Assembly (NCBI GenBank): GCA_017409025.1
Contig: JAFQTN010000014.1
Location: 46,628 to 110,627 of the forward strand
Source: Bacilli bacterium
GTDB taxonomy: Bacteria > Bacillota_I > Bacilli_A > RF39 > UBA660
Length of the DNA stretch: 64,000 nucleotides
Direction of reading: 5' to 3'
Below, in pieces: positions 46,906-57,004 of this stretch (position 1 is the stretch's first letter; every line of letters begins with the position of its first letter). The notes under the pieces are model-generated. The model was not told the DNA's origin. It did not search any database and saw only the letters and a program-made list of their open reading frames with translations. Both the position numbers and the translations under genes were made by a program.

Positions 46906-48108
46906 GTATTCAGAAAGTTTATCCATAACTTCTTTAAGAAGTTTTTCATTTTTATTTTTTTTAGGGTAATAAATTTTAACATTTTTAACATTGTCTGGTA
47001 AATATTGCTGTTTTACATAACTATTTTTATAGTCATGTGGATACTTATATTCCGGGTTTCCATTTTTTATATGATTTGGAACATTTCCACTATTAGTTTT
47101 ACTAATAATATCTAAGGCTCTATCAATGGCTGCTTCCGCACTATTGGATTTAGGGGATAAAGCCATTTCTATGACTACTGCTGATAGAGGAATTCTTGCT
47201 TCAGGAAAACCTAACATTAGTGCACTATTGATTGCTGCCATTACTTTAGGACCAAGTGAAGGATTGGCAAGACCAATGTCTTCATATACTATAACAGCCA
47301 TTCTTCTACAAATTGAATCAAGTTCATCTCCTTCGATTAGTCTAGCTAAATAGTATAATGCGGCATGAACATCACTACCACGAATAGATTTTTGAAAAGC
47401 ACTAAGCAAGTCATAATAACCATCTTGATCTTTATCATGAAATATATTAGGTTTATTGCAGATATTGATAAGACTATCGACGGTAATATGTTTATCACTA
47501 CTAGCAAAGTAAGCTACTTCAAGTAAATTGTAGGCATATCTTAAATCGTTTTTAGCCATACCAACAATATAGTCATATGCATCATCATCAATAATAATAC
47601 CTTCTAAATATTCACTATTACTAGCTCTATCGATGGCTAATTTTATATCATCATCAGATAATTCTTCTAATTTAAATAATTGACATCTACTTCTGATGGC
47701 AGGATTAATACTATGATATGGATTAGATGTAGTCATACCGATTAAAGTAATAAGACCACTTTCAAGTACTGGAAGTAATAGGTCTTGTTTATCTTTATTC
47801 ATTCTGTGAATTTCATCCATAATTAAAACTAAACCATTATACATCTTAGCTTCATTAACTACTGTATCAAAATCTTTTTTATTATTAATAACAGCATTTA
47901 ACATTCTATATCTAACACCTAGTTCATTAACTATAGCCATTGCGATTGAAGTTTTACCAATGCCAGGTTTACCATATAATATCATTGAAAATAATTTCTT
48001 ATTGTTAATTAAATTACTTAGAATTTTGTTTTCTCCGATTAGATGGCTTTGGCCAATTACATCACTCAATTTATTAGGTCTCATTTTAATTGATAATAAT
48101 TCTTCCAT
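46903..48108 (-). CDS. rarA: replication-associated recombination protein A (AAA+ ATPase)
   Basis: Walker A GKPGIGKTS, Walker B LIMDEIHR and the MgsA C-terminal helical domain. AGGTGA RBS favours the ATG at 48108 (track GTG 48117). Confidence 0.88.
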   Translation of the reverse strand: MEELLSIKMRPNKLSDVIGQSHLIGENKILSNLINNKKLFSMILYGKPGIGKTSIAMAIVNELGVRYRMLNAVINNKKDFDTVVNEAKMYNGLVLIMDEIHRMNKDKQDLLLPVLESGLITLIGMTTSNPYHSINPAIRSRCQLFKLEELSDDDIKLAIDRASNSEYLEGIIIDDDAYDYIVGMAKNDLRYAYNLLEVAYFASSDKHITVDSLINICNKPNIFHDKDQDGYYDLLSAFQKSIRGSDVHAALYYLARLIEGDELDSICRRMAVIVYEDIGLANPSLGPKVMAAINSALMLGFPEARIPLSAVVIEMALSPKSNSAEAAIDRALDIISKTNSGNVPNHIKNGNPEYKYPHDYKNSYVKQQYLPDNVKNVKIYYPKKNKNEKLLKEVMDKLSEY

Positions 48109-48221
48109 ATATATCACCTATATCCATATTTTACAATAAAATGTAAATTTAGTAAATCAAAATATATTTAGTTGTAATTAATAATTATAAGTATTAAACT
48201 TAAATAAAGGAGAGAAGTAAA

Positions 48222-48746
48222 ATGAAAAAGAATTTAATATTTATTTTAATTATAACTATATTATTAGTATTAGTAATTTTTATTAGAAATAGAGAAAATA
48301 ATACATTATTAACTGAAGAAGAAATCAAGGAAAAACTACTTGAAGATTTTACTAGTGAAACGGTAACAATAAACGATATAGGAAGAGCATCAGATATTCT
48401 TAAAGTAAATAATAATATTTTTAAAATAGAAGATGGTGTTCTTAATATTAATGGGAATAATAAAGAAATTAATATAGTAGAAATAAAAAGTATAACAGGT
48501 TATTATAATCAACCATCTGATACATATAATCTATATCTTTTAACAGAAAAGGGAAGCGTATATAAGGCTACTGATGTATCTTCTGAAAGCATTAGTAATC
48601 CAGTCTTTAATGAAACTGAATTAAAGAAAGTTGACAGTTTATTGCTAATTGATTTAGTAATTATTGATGAAATGATTGGTCAAACGCCAGAAAGAAATAG
48701 AGTTTATGCAGAAATAGAAGAAGATATTACTCAAATTAAAGGGTAA
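48222..48746 (+). CDS. membrane-anchored hypothetical protein
   Basis: N-terminal TM helix, AAGGAG RBS. Confidence 0.55.
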   Translation: MKKNLIFILIITILLVLVIFIRNRENNTLLTEEEIKEKLLEDFTSETVTINDIGRASDILKVNNNIFKIEDGVLNINGNNKEINIVEIKSITGYYNQPSDTYNLYLLTEKGSVYKATDVSSESISNPVFNETELKKVDSLLLIDLVIIDEMIGQTPERNRVYAEIEEDITQIKG

Positions 48747-48782
48747 TTCTTTTTTTATTAAATCTTTTATGAAAAAGAAAAA

Positions 48783-48802
48783 AAGTATCTATAAAGATAC
48801 TT
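48783..48802 (-). terminator. rho-independent terminator of the 48802-49344 gene
   Basis: AAGTATCT / AGATACTT stem. The T-run is on the minus strand (complement of the A-rich 48769-48782). Confidence 0.6.
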
Positions 48803-49344
48803 TAAAAATTTAATCTTATTCTTCTTTTGCTTTGTTTTTTGTGCCATTCTAGTTCATCTGCCAAATGATAAAATTCAATCATAAAATCACTTGCTAGTCT
48901 ATTTTGCATTTCATCGGCAATTTCTAGTGATGAAGTTTTTAATTTTTCATGGTATGTGCAAATTGCAATATAATGAGTTAGCCAAATGTGTATTTTGAAA
49001 AGCAGATTGATTCCGTCTTCTTCCAATAAGAAATCATCATAGTTATTTTTTTCGTATTCAATTTCTTCAAAATCATACTTTAATATATCATCTGGATCAT
49101 CACCATCAATTTCACAATTATGTAAAAATCTTTTGTATGGGTCAGTTAATGTTAAAAAAGCATCTATTAAAGTTAATAAATTATTTATATAGTATGTATT
49201 TGATTTATGGTCACTTACAAACAATGCCATAAATTCATCCCATTTTGAATAAAATGCCTCACAAATTATAGAAATAGGTGAATTCATAGGAATGTTTAAA
49301 AATTTCCAATAATTAATAAAAACATCTTTTTTGTTTTTAGTCAT
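48802..49344 (-). CDS. hypothetical protein
   Basis: 180 aa. No recognised motif. Confidence 0.5.
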   Translation of the reverse strand: MTKNKKDVFINYWKFLNIPMNSPISIICEAFYSKWDEFMALFVSDHKSNTYYINNLLTLIDAFLTLTDPYKRFLHNCEIDGDDPDDILKYDFEEIEYEKNNYDDFLLEEDGINLLFKIHIWLTHYIAICTYHEKLKTSSLEIADEMQNRLASDFMIEFYHLADELEWHKKQSKRRIRLNF

Positions 49345-49433
49345 ATGTATTCTTCCTCAAAATAATTATAAGTATTATATAACTTTATTATTTAAAAGTC
49401 AAGGTACGCATACAAACATTTGTTTAATTAAAC

Positions 49434-49462
49434 TTGACTATTAAAAAAATAAGTAATATAAT
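49434..49462 (+). promoter_or_regulatory. sigma-A promoter of xerD-like gene
   Basis: TTGACT (49434-49439), 17-nt spacer, TATAAT (49457-49462). Confidence 0.55.
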
Positions 49463-49486
49463 TATATTGATAGAAGGTAGGAAAGT

Positions 49487-50392
49487 ATGATAGATATAAA
49501 TAAATTAAAACTATCTGATAAAAATAAAGAAATATTATCTAGTTATCAGACATATTTAATAACTGTTAAGTTTTTAAATGTTGATACTACGATTAATTCA
49601 TATATATTAGATATATATAAATATTTAGAATATATTAATAAAGAGTATAATAAGACTGATAATAAAGATATATATAATTATTTAAAATATTTATCAGATA
49701 ATTCTTATAGTATTTATTCAGTAGTTAGGAAAATATCTTCAATTAAAGCTTTCTATAATTACTTATCTGAAGAATCTATATATGAAATAAATTTAAATAT
49801 TGAAAGACCTAGATTTTATAAAAAATTACCTCATGTATTAAGTATTGATGAAGTAGATAAATTATTGGATATAGATTTAGATACACCATTTGATTATAGA
49901 AATAAAGCTATGTTAGAATTAATGTATGCTACTGGTCTTCGTGTTAGTGAATTAATAAATTTAACATATCAAAATATTGACTTAGACCAAAAGATAGTTA
50001 GATGTTTTGGAAAGGGTAATAAGGAAAGAATAGTACCTATTGGTGATACTGCCATTAAATATTTAAAAATATATTTAGAAGAATATAGACATGTTCTTAC
50101 AAAAAGAACGTTGTGTGATAATTTGTTTTTAAATAATCATGGTAAGAAATTAACAAGACAGGGATTTTTCAAAATGTTAAAGAAACAAGCTGATATAAAA
50201 GGTATTAAGGAAAATATAACACCACATATGTTAAGACATTCGTTTGCAACTCATTTACTTAATAATGGAGCGGATTTAAGAAGTATTCAACTAATGTTAG
50301 GACATGAAAATATATCTACTACTGGTATATATACTAATGTAGGTATTGAAAAAATAAAAGAAAATTATGATTTATATTATCCAAAGGGATAA
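49487..50392 (+). CDS. xerD: tyrosine recombinase XerC/XerD family
   Basis: RNKAMLELMYATGLRVSEL, HMLRHSFATHLL and LGHENISTTGIYTNV supply the R-H-R-Y catalytic residues. The XerC versus XerD assignment is not certain. Confidence 0.8.
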   Translation: MIDINKLKLSDKNKEILSSYQTYLITVKFLNVDTTINSYILDIYKYLEYINKEYNKTDNKDIYNYLKYLSDNSYSIYSVVRKISSIKAFYNYLSEESIYEINLNIERPRFYKKLPHVLSIDEVDKLLDIDLDTPFDYRNKAMLELMYATGLRVSELINLTYQNIDLDQKIVRCFGKGNKERIVPIGDTAIKYLKIYLEEYRHVLTKRTLCDNLFLNNHGKKLTRQGFFKMLKKQADIKGIKENITPHMLRHSFATHLLNNGADLRSIQLMLGHENISTTGIYTNVGIEKIKENYDLYYPKG

Positions 50393-50406
50393 AAGAAAGG
50401 AAAAAT

Positions 50407-51777
50407 ATGGAATTAAAAAAAGAAATATTTAGAGAATATGATATAAGAGGAGTTTATGGACAAGAATTAGATGAGGGTACTGCATATTTGATTGGAAAAG
50501 CGTATGGTACAAAATTAAGAGAATTAAACAAGAAAGAAACAGTAGTAGCTTATGATAATAGATTGTCATCACCTATATTAGAAGAAAATTTAGTAAAAGG
50601 TTTATTAGAAACTGGAATAGATGTTTTAAGAATGGGATTAGCTACTACACCAATGTGTTATTTTGCAGCTAATTATTATGGAACAAATGCTAGTATGATG
50701 ATAACAGCATCTCATAATCCTAAGGAATATAATGGTTTTAAATTTTCTTATAATGGGATTCATAATGCATATGGAGCAGCTGTTAAAGAAATATATGAAA
50801 TTATTACAAAAGGAGAATTTGCAACTGGTGAAGGTACTGTAAAAGAAGTAGATATTACAAAACCATATATAGATTTAATATTAAATAAAATTGAATTAGG
50901 GGATAGACCTATAAAGGTAGTATATGATTGTGGAAATGGTACAACTAGTGTTATTGCTGATCAAATTTTTGCTAACTTAAATGTTGAATCTATACCATTA
51001 TTTAACGTATCAGATGGAACATTTCCTAATCACCATCCTGATCCATGTGTATATGATAATTTAACTAAATTAAAAGAAAAAGTTTTAGAAGTTAATGCTG
51101 ATTTAGGTATCGGGTATGATGGTGATGGTGATAGAGTAGGATTTATTGATAACAATGGTAATATGATTGAAACTGATAAATTTATGATTATCATGTGGAG
51201 ATATTTATATAATAAAGTAGAAAATAAAAAAGCTTTATTTGATGTTAAATGTACTAAAGCATTAGAGGATGAACTTCTAAAATTAGGAATAACACCAATT
51301 GAATATAGAACAGGTAATTCATATACAAGAGCTGCAACTGCTGAACATGAAACTCCTCTTGGAGGTGAATTATCAGGCCACGTTTACTTTAGAGATAAAT
51401 TTCCAGGATATGATGATGGGATATATGCTGGAATGCGTTTAATTGAACTATTATCTCATACTGATAAACCGCTAAGTAGTATGTTAGATGGAATAAATAA
51501 ATATTACTCTACTGAAGAATTAAAAATTCGTGTTGAAGATAAAATAAAATTTGAAGTAATTGAAAAAATGAAACAATATTGTTTAAGCAAAAAATATAAT
51601 TTCTTAACAATAGATGGAGTAAAAGCTAAATTTGATGATGGTTTTGCTCTAGTAAGAGCATCAAATACTGGGCCAAATATTACTATGCGTTTTGAAGCAA
51701 CAACAGAGGAAAGACTTAAGGAATTACAAGATAAATTTACTGCTGAGTTACATAGATGTATAGAAGAAACAAAATAA
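50407..51777 (+). CDS. phosphomannomutase/phosphoglucomutase
   Basis: FREYDIRG, TASHNPKEYNGFKF (active-site Ser), GYDGDGDR and GGELSGH. Confidence 0.85.
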   Translation: MELKKEIFREYDIRGVYGQELDEGTAYLIGKAYGTKLRELNKKETVVAYDNRLSSPILEENLVKGLLETGIDVLRMGLATTPMCYFAANYYGTNASMMITASHNPKEYNGFKFSYNGIHNAYGAAVKEIYEIITKGEFATGEGTVKEVDITKPYIDLILNKIELGDRPIKVVYDCGNGTTSVIADQIFANLNVESIPLFNVSDGTFPNHHPDPCVYDNLTKLKEKVLEVNADLGIGYDGDGDRVGFIDNNGNMIETDKFMIIMWRYLYNKVENKKALFDVKCTKALEDELLKLGITPIEYRTGNSYTRAATAEHETPLGGELSGHVYFRDKFPGYDDGIYAGMRLIELLSHTDKPLSSMLDGINKYYSTEELKIRVEDKIKFEVIEKMKQYCLSKKYNFLTIDGVKAKFDDGFALVRASNTGPNITMRFEATTEERLKELQDKFTAELHRCIEETK

Positions 51778-51798
51778 TGTAAAGTTTTGTTAAAACTA

Positions 51799-51826
51799 TT
51801 GATTTCGACTATAGATATGATATAAT
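51799..51826 (+). promoter_or_regulatory. sigma-A promoter (extended -10) of candidate 6S RNA
   Basis: TTGATT (51799-51804), 16-nt spacer, TGaTATAAT (51818-51826). Confidence 0.5.
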
Positions 51827-51831
51827 TAAAA

Positions 51832-52009
51832 TACCTGAAGGATGCGACAGCTATAATTTAAAACCGACAAAGATATATTTAGGGAGTCTAAAATTTTGTA
51901 TGTGTTGAATGCTTAATCATTTTATTAAGAATCCTGATTACAAAATGGTGATTACCCACCTGTGTGTTAACGCGCGGGTTTTATCTACTTAGTATCGGTT
52001 CTTTGGGTA
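51832..52009 (+). ncRNA. ssrS: candidate 6S RNA (SsrS)
   Basis: ~180-nt non-coding interval with its own promoter. The ends pair, TACCTGAAGGAT (51832-51843) with GTTCTTTGGGTA (51998-52009, including G-U pairs). Internal helices are TAAAACC/GGTTTTA and ATTTTGTA/TACAAAAT, with an apical hairpin CTTAAT/ATTAAG, giving a rod with internal loops. It lies directly upstream of a tcdA/yrvM-like gene. Confidence 0.45.
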
Positions 52010-52021
52010 ACATTTAGGCAA

Positions 52022-52048
52022 AAAGAGATAATTTTATATTATCTCTTT
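52022..52048 (+). terminator. hairpin after the candidate 6S RNA
   Basis: 11-bp stem AAAGAGATAAT / ATTATCTCTTT. The U-tract is poor, so read-through into tcdA is possible. Confidence 0.4.
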
Positions 52049-52068
52049 AATTATATATGGAGGTTTTT

Positions 52069-52740
52069 ATGTTTGAAAGAACTATTTCTTTAGTAGGAGA
52101 AGAAAACTTTGAAAAAATAAAAGAAAAGACAGTCTTAATTGTAGGATTAGGTGGAGTAGGCGGTTATGCTACTGAAGCGTTAGTGAGAACGGGTGTTCAT
52201 AATCTTATTTTAATAGATCACGATACGATAGATATTACTAATTTGAATAGACAAATTATATCTACATCTAAGAATATAGGTAATGATAAAGTAGAAGAAT
52301 TTAAAAAAAGAATCTTTGAAATAAATCCTAGTTGTAATGTAATTATTCATAAATTATTCTTAGATAGAACTAATAGTAATATACTTGATAATTATCAAAT
52401 AGATTATATTATTGATTGTTGTGATAGTGTAGATACTAAGAAATTATTAATAGATTATTCTATAGATAAGAATGTTAAATTAATATCTTCAATGGGGACT
52501 GCTAATAAAATGGATCCTACTAAATTAGAGATTATAGATATTAGAAAAACTTCTTATGATCCGTTGGCTAAGATACTAAGAAAATATGTAAATGATTTAA
52601 AAACAAATAAAAAAATAATGGTCGTATCATCTACTGAAGAACCATTACAAAAAGAAGGACTAACAACACTAGTATTTGTACCGGCTACTGCAGGAATACT
52701 TTGTGCTAATTATGTTATAAATAATATTATTAATTCTTAA
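52069..52740 (+). CDS. tcdA: ThiF/MoeB-fold protein, tRNA threonylcarbamoyladenosine dehydratase-like
   Basis: VLIVGLGGVGGYATEAL nucleotide loop and NLNRQ. About 225 aa, as for TcdA/YrvM. GGAGG RBS favours the ATG at 52069. Confidence 0.7.
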   Translation: MFERTISLVGEENFEKIKEKTVLIVGLGGVGGYATEALVRTGVHNLILIDHDTIDITNLNRQIISTSKNIGNDKVEEFKKRIFEINPSCNVIIHKLFLDRTNSNILDNYQIDYIIDCCDSVDTKKLLIDYSIDKNVKLISSMGTANKMDPTKLEIIDIRKTSYDPLAKILRKYVNDLKTNKKIMVVSSTEEPLQKEGLTTLVFVPATAGILCANYVINNIINS

Positions 52741-52803
52741 ATATTAGATAAATTCTAATATTTTTTTAATTATGTGATATAATATACTGCCAAGGGGATT
52801 TTT

Positions 52804-54255
52804 ATGTCTAATAGTAATATGATATCAATATTAAAGAAAATGGTAAATTTTATAAAAAAAACTTCTTCGGAAATTAAAAAATCAATGGAACAAAGAGAAT
52901 ATAATAAATTTTTGAAAGTTTATTATAAAAACGAATTTCAAAATAAAAAAGAATTACATGTATATGATAATATTTCACATGAGAGAGTAAGTTATTTTTA
53001 TTTATTGCCGTCTGATGCTAAAATAAAATTTCATTTAAAATTTACGTGTTCTAATACTGATGAACCGGAATCTTATAAGAAAATATTAGAAATATTTAAA
53101 ATATTAGAAACACATAATAGAAAGTACAATATAGAAATAGAAGTCAATAATAGAGAATATTTTAGAAAAAGCACTATTTTAGAACACTCATCTAATATTA
53201 ATTTAACTATTTTTAATGATTTATATAGATATACAAAAGAAAAATATTTAGAAGAAGAAAAAGTATTAGAAGAATTAATATTTCCAATTAGAAATTCTAG
53301 TTTATCTCCCTATGAAAAATATTTGGCAGTATACAATATAGTGAAACAATATAATGTTTATAATGAAGATCCTATAAATTCATCTGAATCAAGATATTTA
53401 AGATATATTTTAAAAGGAGATTATATTGTATGTGTTGGTTTTTCTCATTTGTTGGAAACTTTATTAGATAAAGTATCTATTCCTTGTATGACTTTATCTG
53501 CTGTTGTAAAAGAATATTATGATACTGAAGATGGTGTATTTTACATATGTGGGGGTCATCAAAGAAATGTTGTAAAAATAGATGATGATAAATATAATAT
53601 TCATGGTATTTATGTGGTGGATTCTACATGGGATAATGATATAGAATTAGATTTATATAATCATGCTAATATGACATTTGATAGAACAAAGGAATTAGAA
53701 AATTTAGAGGTTTTGAAAAAAGAAGATTTTCTTTTGGATTTTCATGATTTTGATGAATATAATCATAAGATTAATTTTTATCTTAAAAGAAAAATAAAGG
53801 AAATAAATTTAAAAATTAATGATTTGGAAAAAATAATATATGCTTATGAAGATATTTGTAGAGAAATTATGAAAATACTATATAGATTAGATTATAATAA
53901 ATGGAAAGAATTTTTACAAAAATATGAGAAAATATTTAAAGGGGTGGAATATAAAGAGAAAAAAGAATCTTCACATTTTTCAGAATTTGAAACTATTTAT
54001 AAAGAATTTTTAACTGAATATGGTCATTATATAATAAATTTATCAAATAATAAAATCTCTCAAGAAGTTACTTATGATGCGGCAAAGATAGTGAAAGAAG
54101 TAATTGAACAATATAGTGATGAAGAAATGATAGAATGGGAATTGCAAGTAAAAGAAATTAATGATTTTAAAGAACAAGATAATTTTCCTTACATATATGA
54201 CTATTCACAAAAAAGAAAGAATTATTTAAGAGTAAGAAAAAAACGTGTTAGATAA
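52804..54255 (+). CDS. hypothetical protein with possible transglutaminase-like core
   Basis: YIVCVGFSHLLETLL...GGHQRNVV...VVDSTWDND gives a plausible Cys/His/Asp order. Assignment is weak. Confidence 0.35.
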   Translation: MSNSNMISILKKMVNFIKKTSSEIKKSMEQREYNKFLKVYYKNEFQNKKELHVYDNISHERVSYFYLLPSDAKIKFHLKFTCSNTDEPESYKKILEIFKILETHNRKYNIEIEVNNREYFRKSTILEHSSNINLTIFNDLYRYTKEKYLEEEKVLEELIFPIRNSSLSPYEKYLAVYNIVKQYNVYNEDPINSSESRYLRYILKGDYIVCVGFSHLLETLLDKVSIPCMTLSAVVKEYYDTEDGVFYICGGHQRNVVKIDDDKYNIHGIYVVDSTWDNDIELDLYNHANMTFDRTKELENLEVLKKEDFLLDFHDFDEYNHKINFYLKRKIKEINLKINDLEKIIYAYEDICREIMKILYRLDYNKWKEFLQKYEKIFKGVEYKEKKESSHFSEFETIYKEFLTEYGHYIINLSNNKISQEVTYDAAKIVKEVIEQYSDEEMIEWELQVKEINDFKEQDNFPYIYDYSQKRKNYLRVRKKRVR

Positions 54256-54286
54256 AACTAATACGTTTTTAAAATCTTAATAACAA

Positions 54287-54312
54287 AAAAAGTAAATATT
54301 ATTATTTACTTT
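54287..54312 (-). terminator. rho-independent terminator of rpsT
   Basis: AGTAAATA / TATTTACT stem with a T-run on the minus strand. Confidence 0.6.
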
Positions 54313-54571
54313 CCATTTTATTTACTTTTAAAGTTAATCTTGATTTTTCTCTATCAACTTTGTTTCTATGTACTAAGCCTTTAGATTTAGCATTATCTAA
54401 ACTTTTAATAGCTAATTTTAGATTTTTTTCTGCATCTTCTTTATTACCTGCTAATACTGCTTTATCAGTTCTTCTGATAGCATTTTTAACAGTAGACTTT
54501 AATTGTTCGTGAGCCTTTGTAACTTTTTCGATTTGTTTGATTTTTTTCTTTGCATTTTTAACATTTGCCAT
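54302..54571 (-). CDS. rpsT: 30S ribosomal protein S20
   Basis: MANVKNAKKKIKQ... basic 89-aa protein with HRNKVDREKSRL. Confidence 0.92.
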   Translation of the reverse strand: MANVKNAKKKIKQIEKVTKAHEQLKSTVKNAIRRTDKAVLAGNKEDAEKNLKLAIKSLDNAKSKGLVHRNKVDREKSRLTLKVNKMESK

Positions 54572-54677
54572 TTTTTCTTCATCTCCTTCCGATAACTAAT
54601 TACAATTTTACCAAAAAACATTTAAAAAAGCAAATAAAATTAACTATTTTTGTAAAAAATATAAATAGGTGATAAAT

Positions 54678-55658
54678 TTGGGAAATATTGATTTAGGTAA
54701 GTTTAAATTAAGAACAGATTTAATTATTGAAAATAATGAAGCAAATCATAAAAAAGAAACAATAGATGGTATTGAGATAACATCATCATATAAAGATGGT
54801 AATTATGTTACAATTTCATTTGAAGATATAACTAATTTTGAATCAAGAGAAAAAGTTGGAAAAGTATTAGAAAAGGTTCTAGGTAAAATATTAGTTCAAA
54901 ATAATATATCTGAAGAAGATGAATGTTTAATTGTGGGACTTGGTAATATTAAATCAACACCTGATAGTTTAGGTGTAAAAGTAATAAATGATATTCTTAT
55001 TACTAAACATTTATTTAAATTTGGTAATGTAGAAGAAGGTATTAGGATGGTATCATCGTTTACACCTGGAGTAATGGCTAATACTGGATTAGAATCATCA
55101 AATATAATTAAAGCGATTATTAAAGAAGAAAAACCAAAATTTGTAATTGTTATAGACGCACTTGCTAGTCTATCAATAGATAGAATTAATAAAACAATTC
55201 AAATAACAGATACGGGAATTCATCCTGGTAGTGGAATAGGTAATAATAGAAAAGAAATAAGTAAAAATACTATAGGTATACCTGTTATAGCTATTGGAGT
55301 TCCTACAGTAGTAACTTCTACGACTATTGTATATGATACGATTAAATATTTATTTAAACATATTTCTTATATTAAAGATAATGAAGAATTAAATAAATTA
55401 ACGTTTTTTAAGTCTAAATCATATAAGAATAAAATTAAAGATAAAAAATTAACCGAAGAAGAAGAAAATACTTTACTTGGGTTATTTGGATCTTTAGATG
55501 ATACTGAGAAAAGATCTTTAATAAATGAAGTATTAACAGATATAGATTTAGATTTAATTGTAACTCCATCAGAAATAGATTTCTTAATAGATAAATTAAG
55601 TAATTTAATAGCAAGTGCTATTAATAATTCTTTGCATCGACAAATATCTCACTACTAA
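54678..55658 (+). CDS. gpr: germination protease (GPR endopeptidase)
   Basis: VGLGNIKSTPDSLG, VIVIDALAS and TDTGIHPGSG. Position between rpsT and spoIIP as in Bacillus. TTG 54678 after AGGTGA is the likely start (track GTG 54669). Confidence 0.88.
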   Translation: MGNIDLGKFKLRTDLIIENNEANHKKETIDGIEITSSYKDGNYVTISFEDITNFESREKVGKVLEKVLGKILVQNNISEEDECLIVGLGNIKSTPDSLGVKVINDILITKHLFKFGNVEEGIRMVSSFTPGVMANTGLESSNIIKAIIKEEKPKFVIVIDALASLSIDRINKTIQITDTGIHPGSGIGNNRKEISKNTIGIPVIAIGVPTVVTSTTIVYDTIKYLFKHISYIKDNEELNKLTFFKSKSYKNKIKDKKLTEEEENTLLGLFGSLDDTEKRSLINEVLTDIDLDLIVTPSEIDFLIDKLSNLIASAINNSLHRQISHY

Positions 55659-55685
55659 AAGTATATACTTATAGTAGGTGATACT

Positions 55686-56684
55686 ATGTCTCATATGAAA
55701 TTAAAAAATAATAAAAAGAAAAAGAAAAAATTTAAATATTTATTTCTAATAATATTTATTTATTTTATATTTTCATATACATTTTATAATTCATTTAAAA
55801 ATAATAAAAATATTTCTAATGAGAAATTTATTAATTTCTTATTAAATAATGGTAATTCAAATTTTACAAATGAGTATAAGTTTCCAACAATAATTAATAA
55901 TACGATGTCATATTTATTGAAAATAGATTTTACTAATCCAGAGACATTATTTAATGAAAGTATATTAGGTTATAATAACGAATTAGAAGAAACAAATGAA
56001 TATAGTAATTTAGATAAATTAAAAGAAGTAAGTTATTATATGTCTGATCCTAATAAAGTAGATATTGATAATCCAGTAGTATATATTTATAATTCTCATC
56101 AATTAGAAAATTATGATAATTCTAATTTAGAAATATATGGAATAACACCAAATGTATTAATGGCAAGTTATTTGTTAAAAGAAAAATTAAATGAAAAAGG
56201 AATATCTACGGTAGTTGAAGATACCAATTTAACAGAGTTTTTAGAACTTAATAATTGGGATTATTCTGGTTCTTATAAAGCTAGTAGAATATTTATGTTA
56301 GATAAACAAAATACTTATAAATCATTAAAATATTATATTGATATTCATAGAGATTCAGTTAATAAAAAATTAAGTACTGTAACAATTGGTGATAAATCAT
56401 ATGCTAGAATCTTATTTGTTGTGGGTCTAGAACATAAAAATTATCAAAAAAATTTAGATTTAGCTAATAAAATAAATTCTTTATTTGAAAAACATTATAA
56501 AGGATTAAGTAGAGGAGTATTAAAAAAAGAAGGGAAAAATGTAAATGGTATTTATAATCAAGACATATCAGAAAATGCTATGTTAATTGAAGTAGGTGGA
56601 GTAGATAATAATATTGATGAAGTGTTAAATACTATAAATGCTATTAGTGATATTTTAAGTATTTATATTGGAGATAGTAAGTGA
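55686..56684 (+). CDS. spoIIP: stage II sporulation protein P
   Basis: N-terminal TM helix, VVYIYNSHQLENY and YIDIHRDS motifs. Follows gpr. Confidence 0.88.
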   Translation: MSHMKLKNNKKKKKKFKYLFLIIFIYFIFSYTFYNSFKNNKNISNEKFINFLLNNGNSNFTNEYKFPTIINNTMSYLLKIDFTNPETLFNESILGYNNELEETNEYSNLDKLKEVSYYMSDPNKVDIDNPVVYIYNSHQLENYDNSNLEIYGITPNVLMASYLLKEKLNEKGISTVVEDTNLTEFLELNNWDYSGSYKASRIFMLDKQNTYKSLKYYIDIHRDSVNKKLSTVTIGDKSYARILFVVGLEHKNYQKNLDLANKINSLFEKHYKGLSRGVLKKEGKNVNGIYNQDISENAMLIEVGGVDNNIDEVLNTINAISDILSIYIGDSK

Positions 56685-57004
56685 TGAATAAAAAAATATC
56701 TAAATTAATTATAATAATAATTATTATTGTTTTTATATCATCATATTTAATTTCTGAATCTGGTTATTATGAATATACAATGCAACAAAGGACCATAATA
56801 ACTAATGAAAAGATAAAAGAATTTGAAGAAGATATAAAAAATAATAAAGATATTGATTTAAAAGAATATCTAGATAAAGAAGAAATTGATTATTCTAATG
56901 CCTTTACTAATTTAGTATATAACATAAGTGATAATTCCAATAAATTAGCTAGAAAAGCCATTAAATATCTTTTTAAAAAATTAGGTTCATTAGTTGAAGA
57001 TTAA
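56684..57004 (+). CDS. small membrane protein in the YqxA position
   Basis: About 106 aa with an N-terminal TM helix, immediately after spoIIP as yqxA is in B. subtilis. The homology itself was not verified. Confidence 0.45.
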   Translation: MNKKISKLIIIIIIIVFISSYLISESGYYEYTMQQRTIITNEKIKEFEEDIKNNKDIDLKEYLDKEEIDYSNAFTNLVYNISDNSNKLARKAIKYLFKKLGSLVED

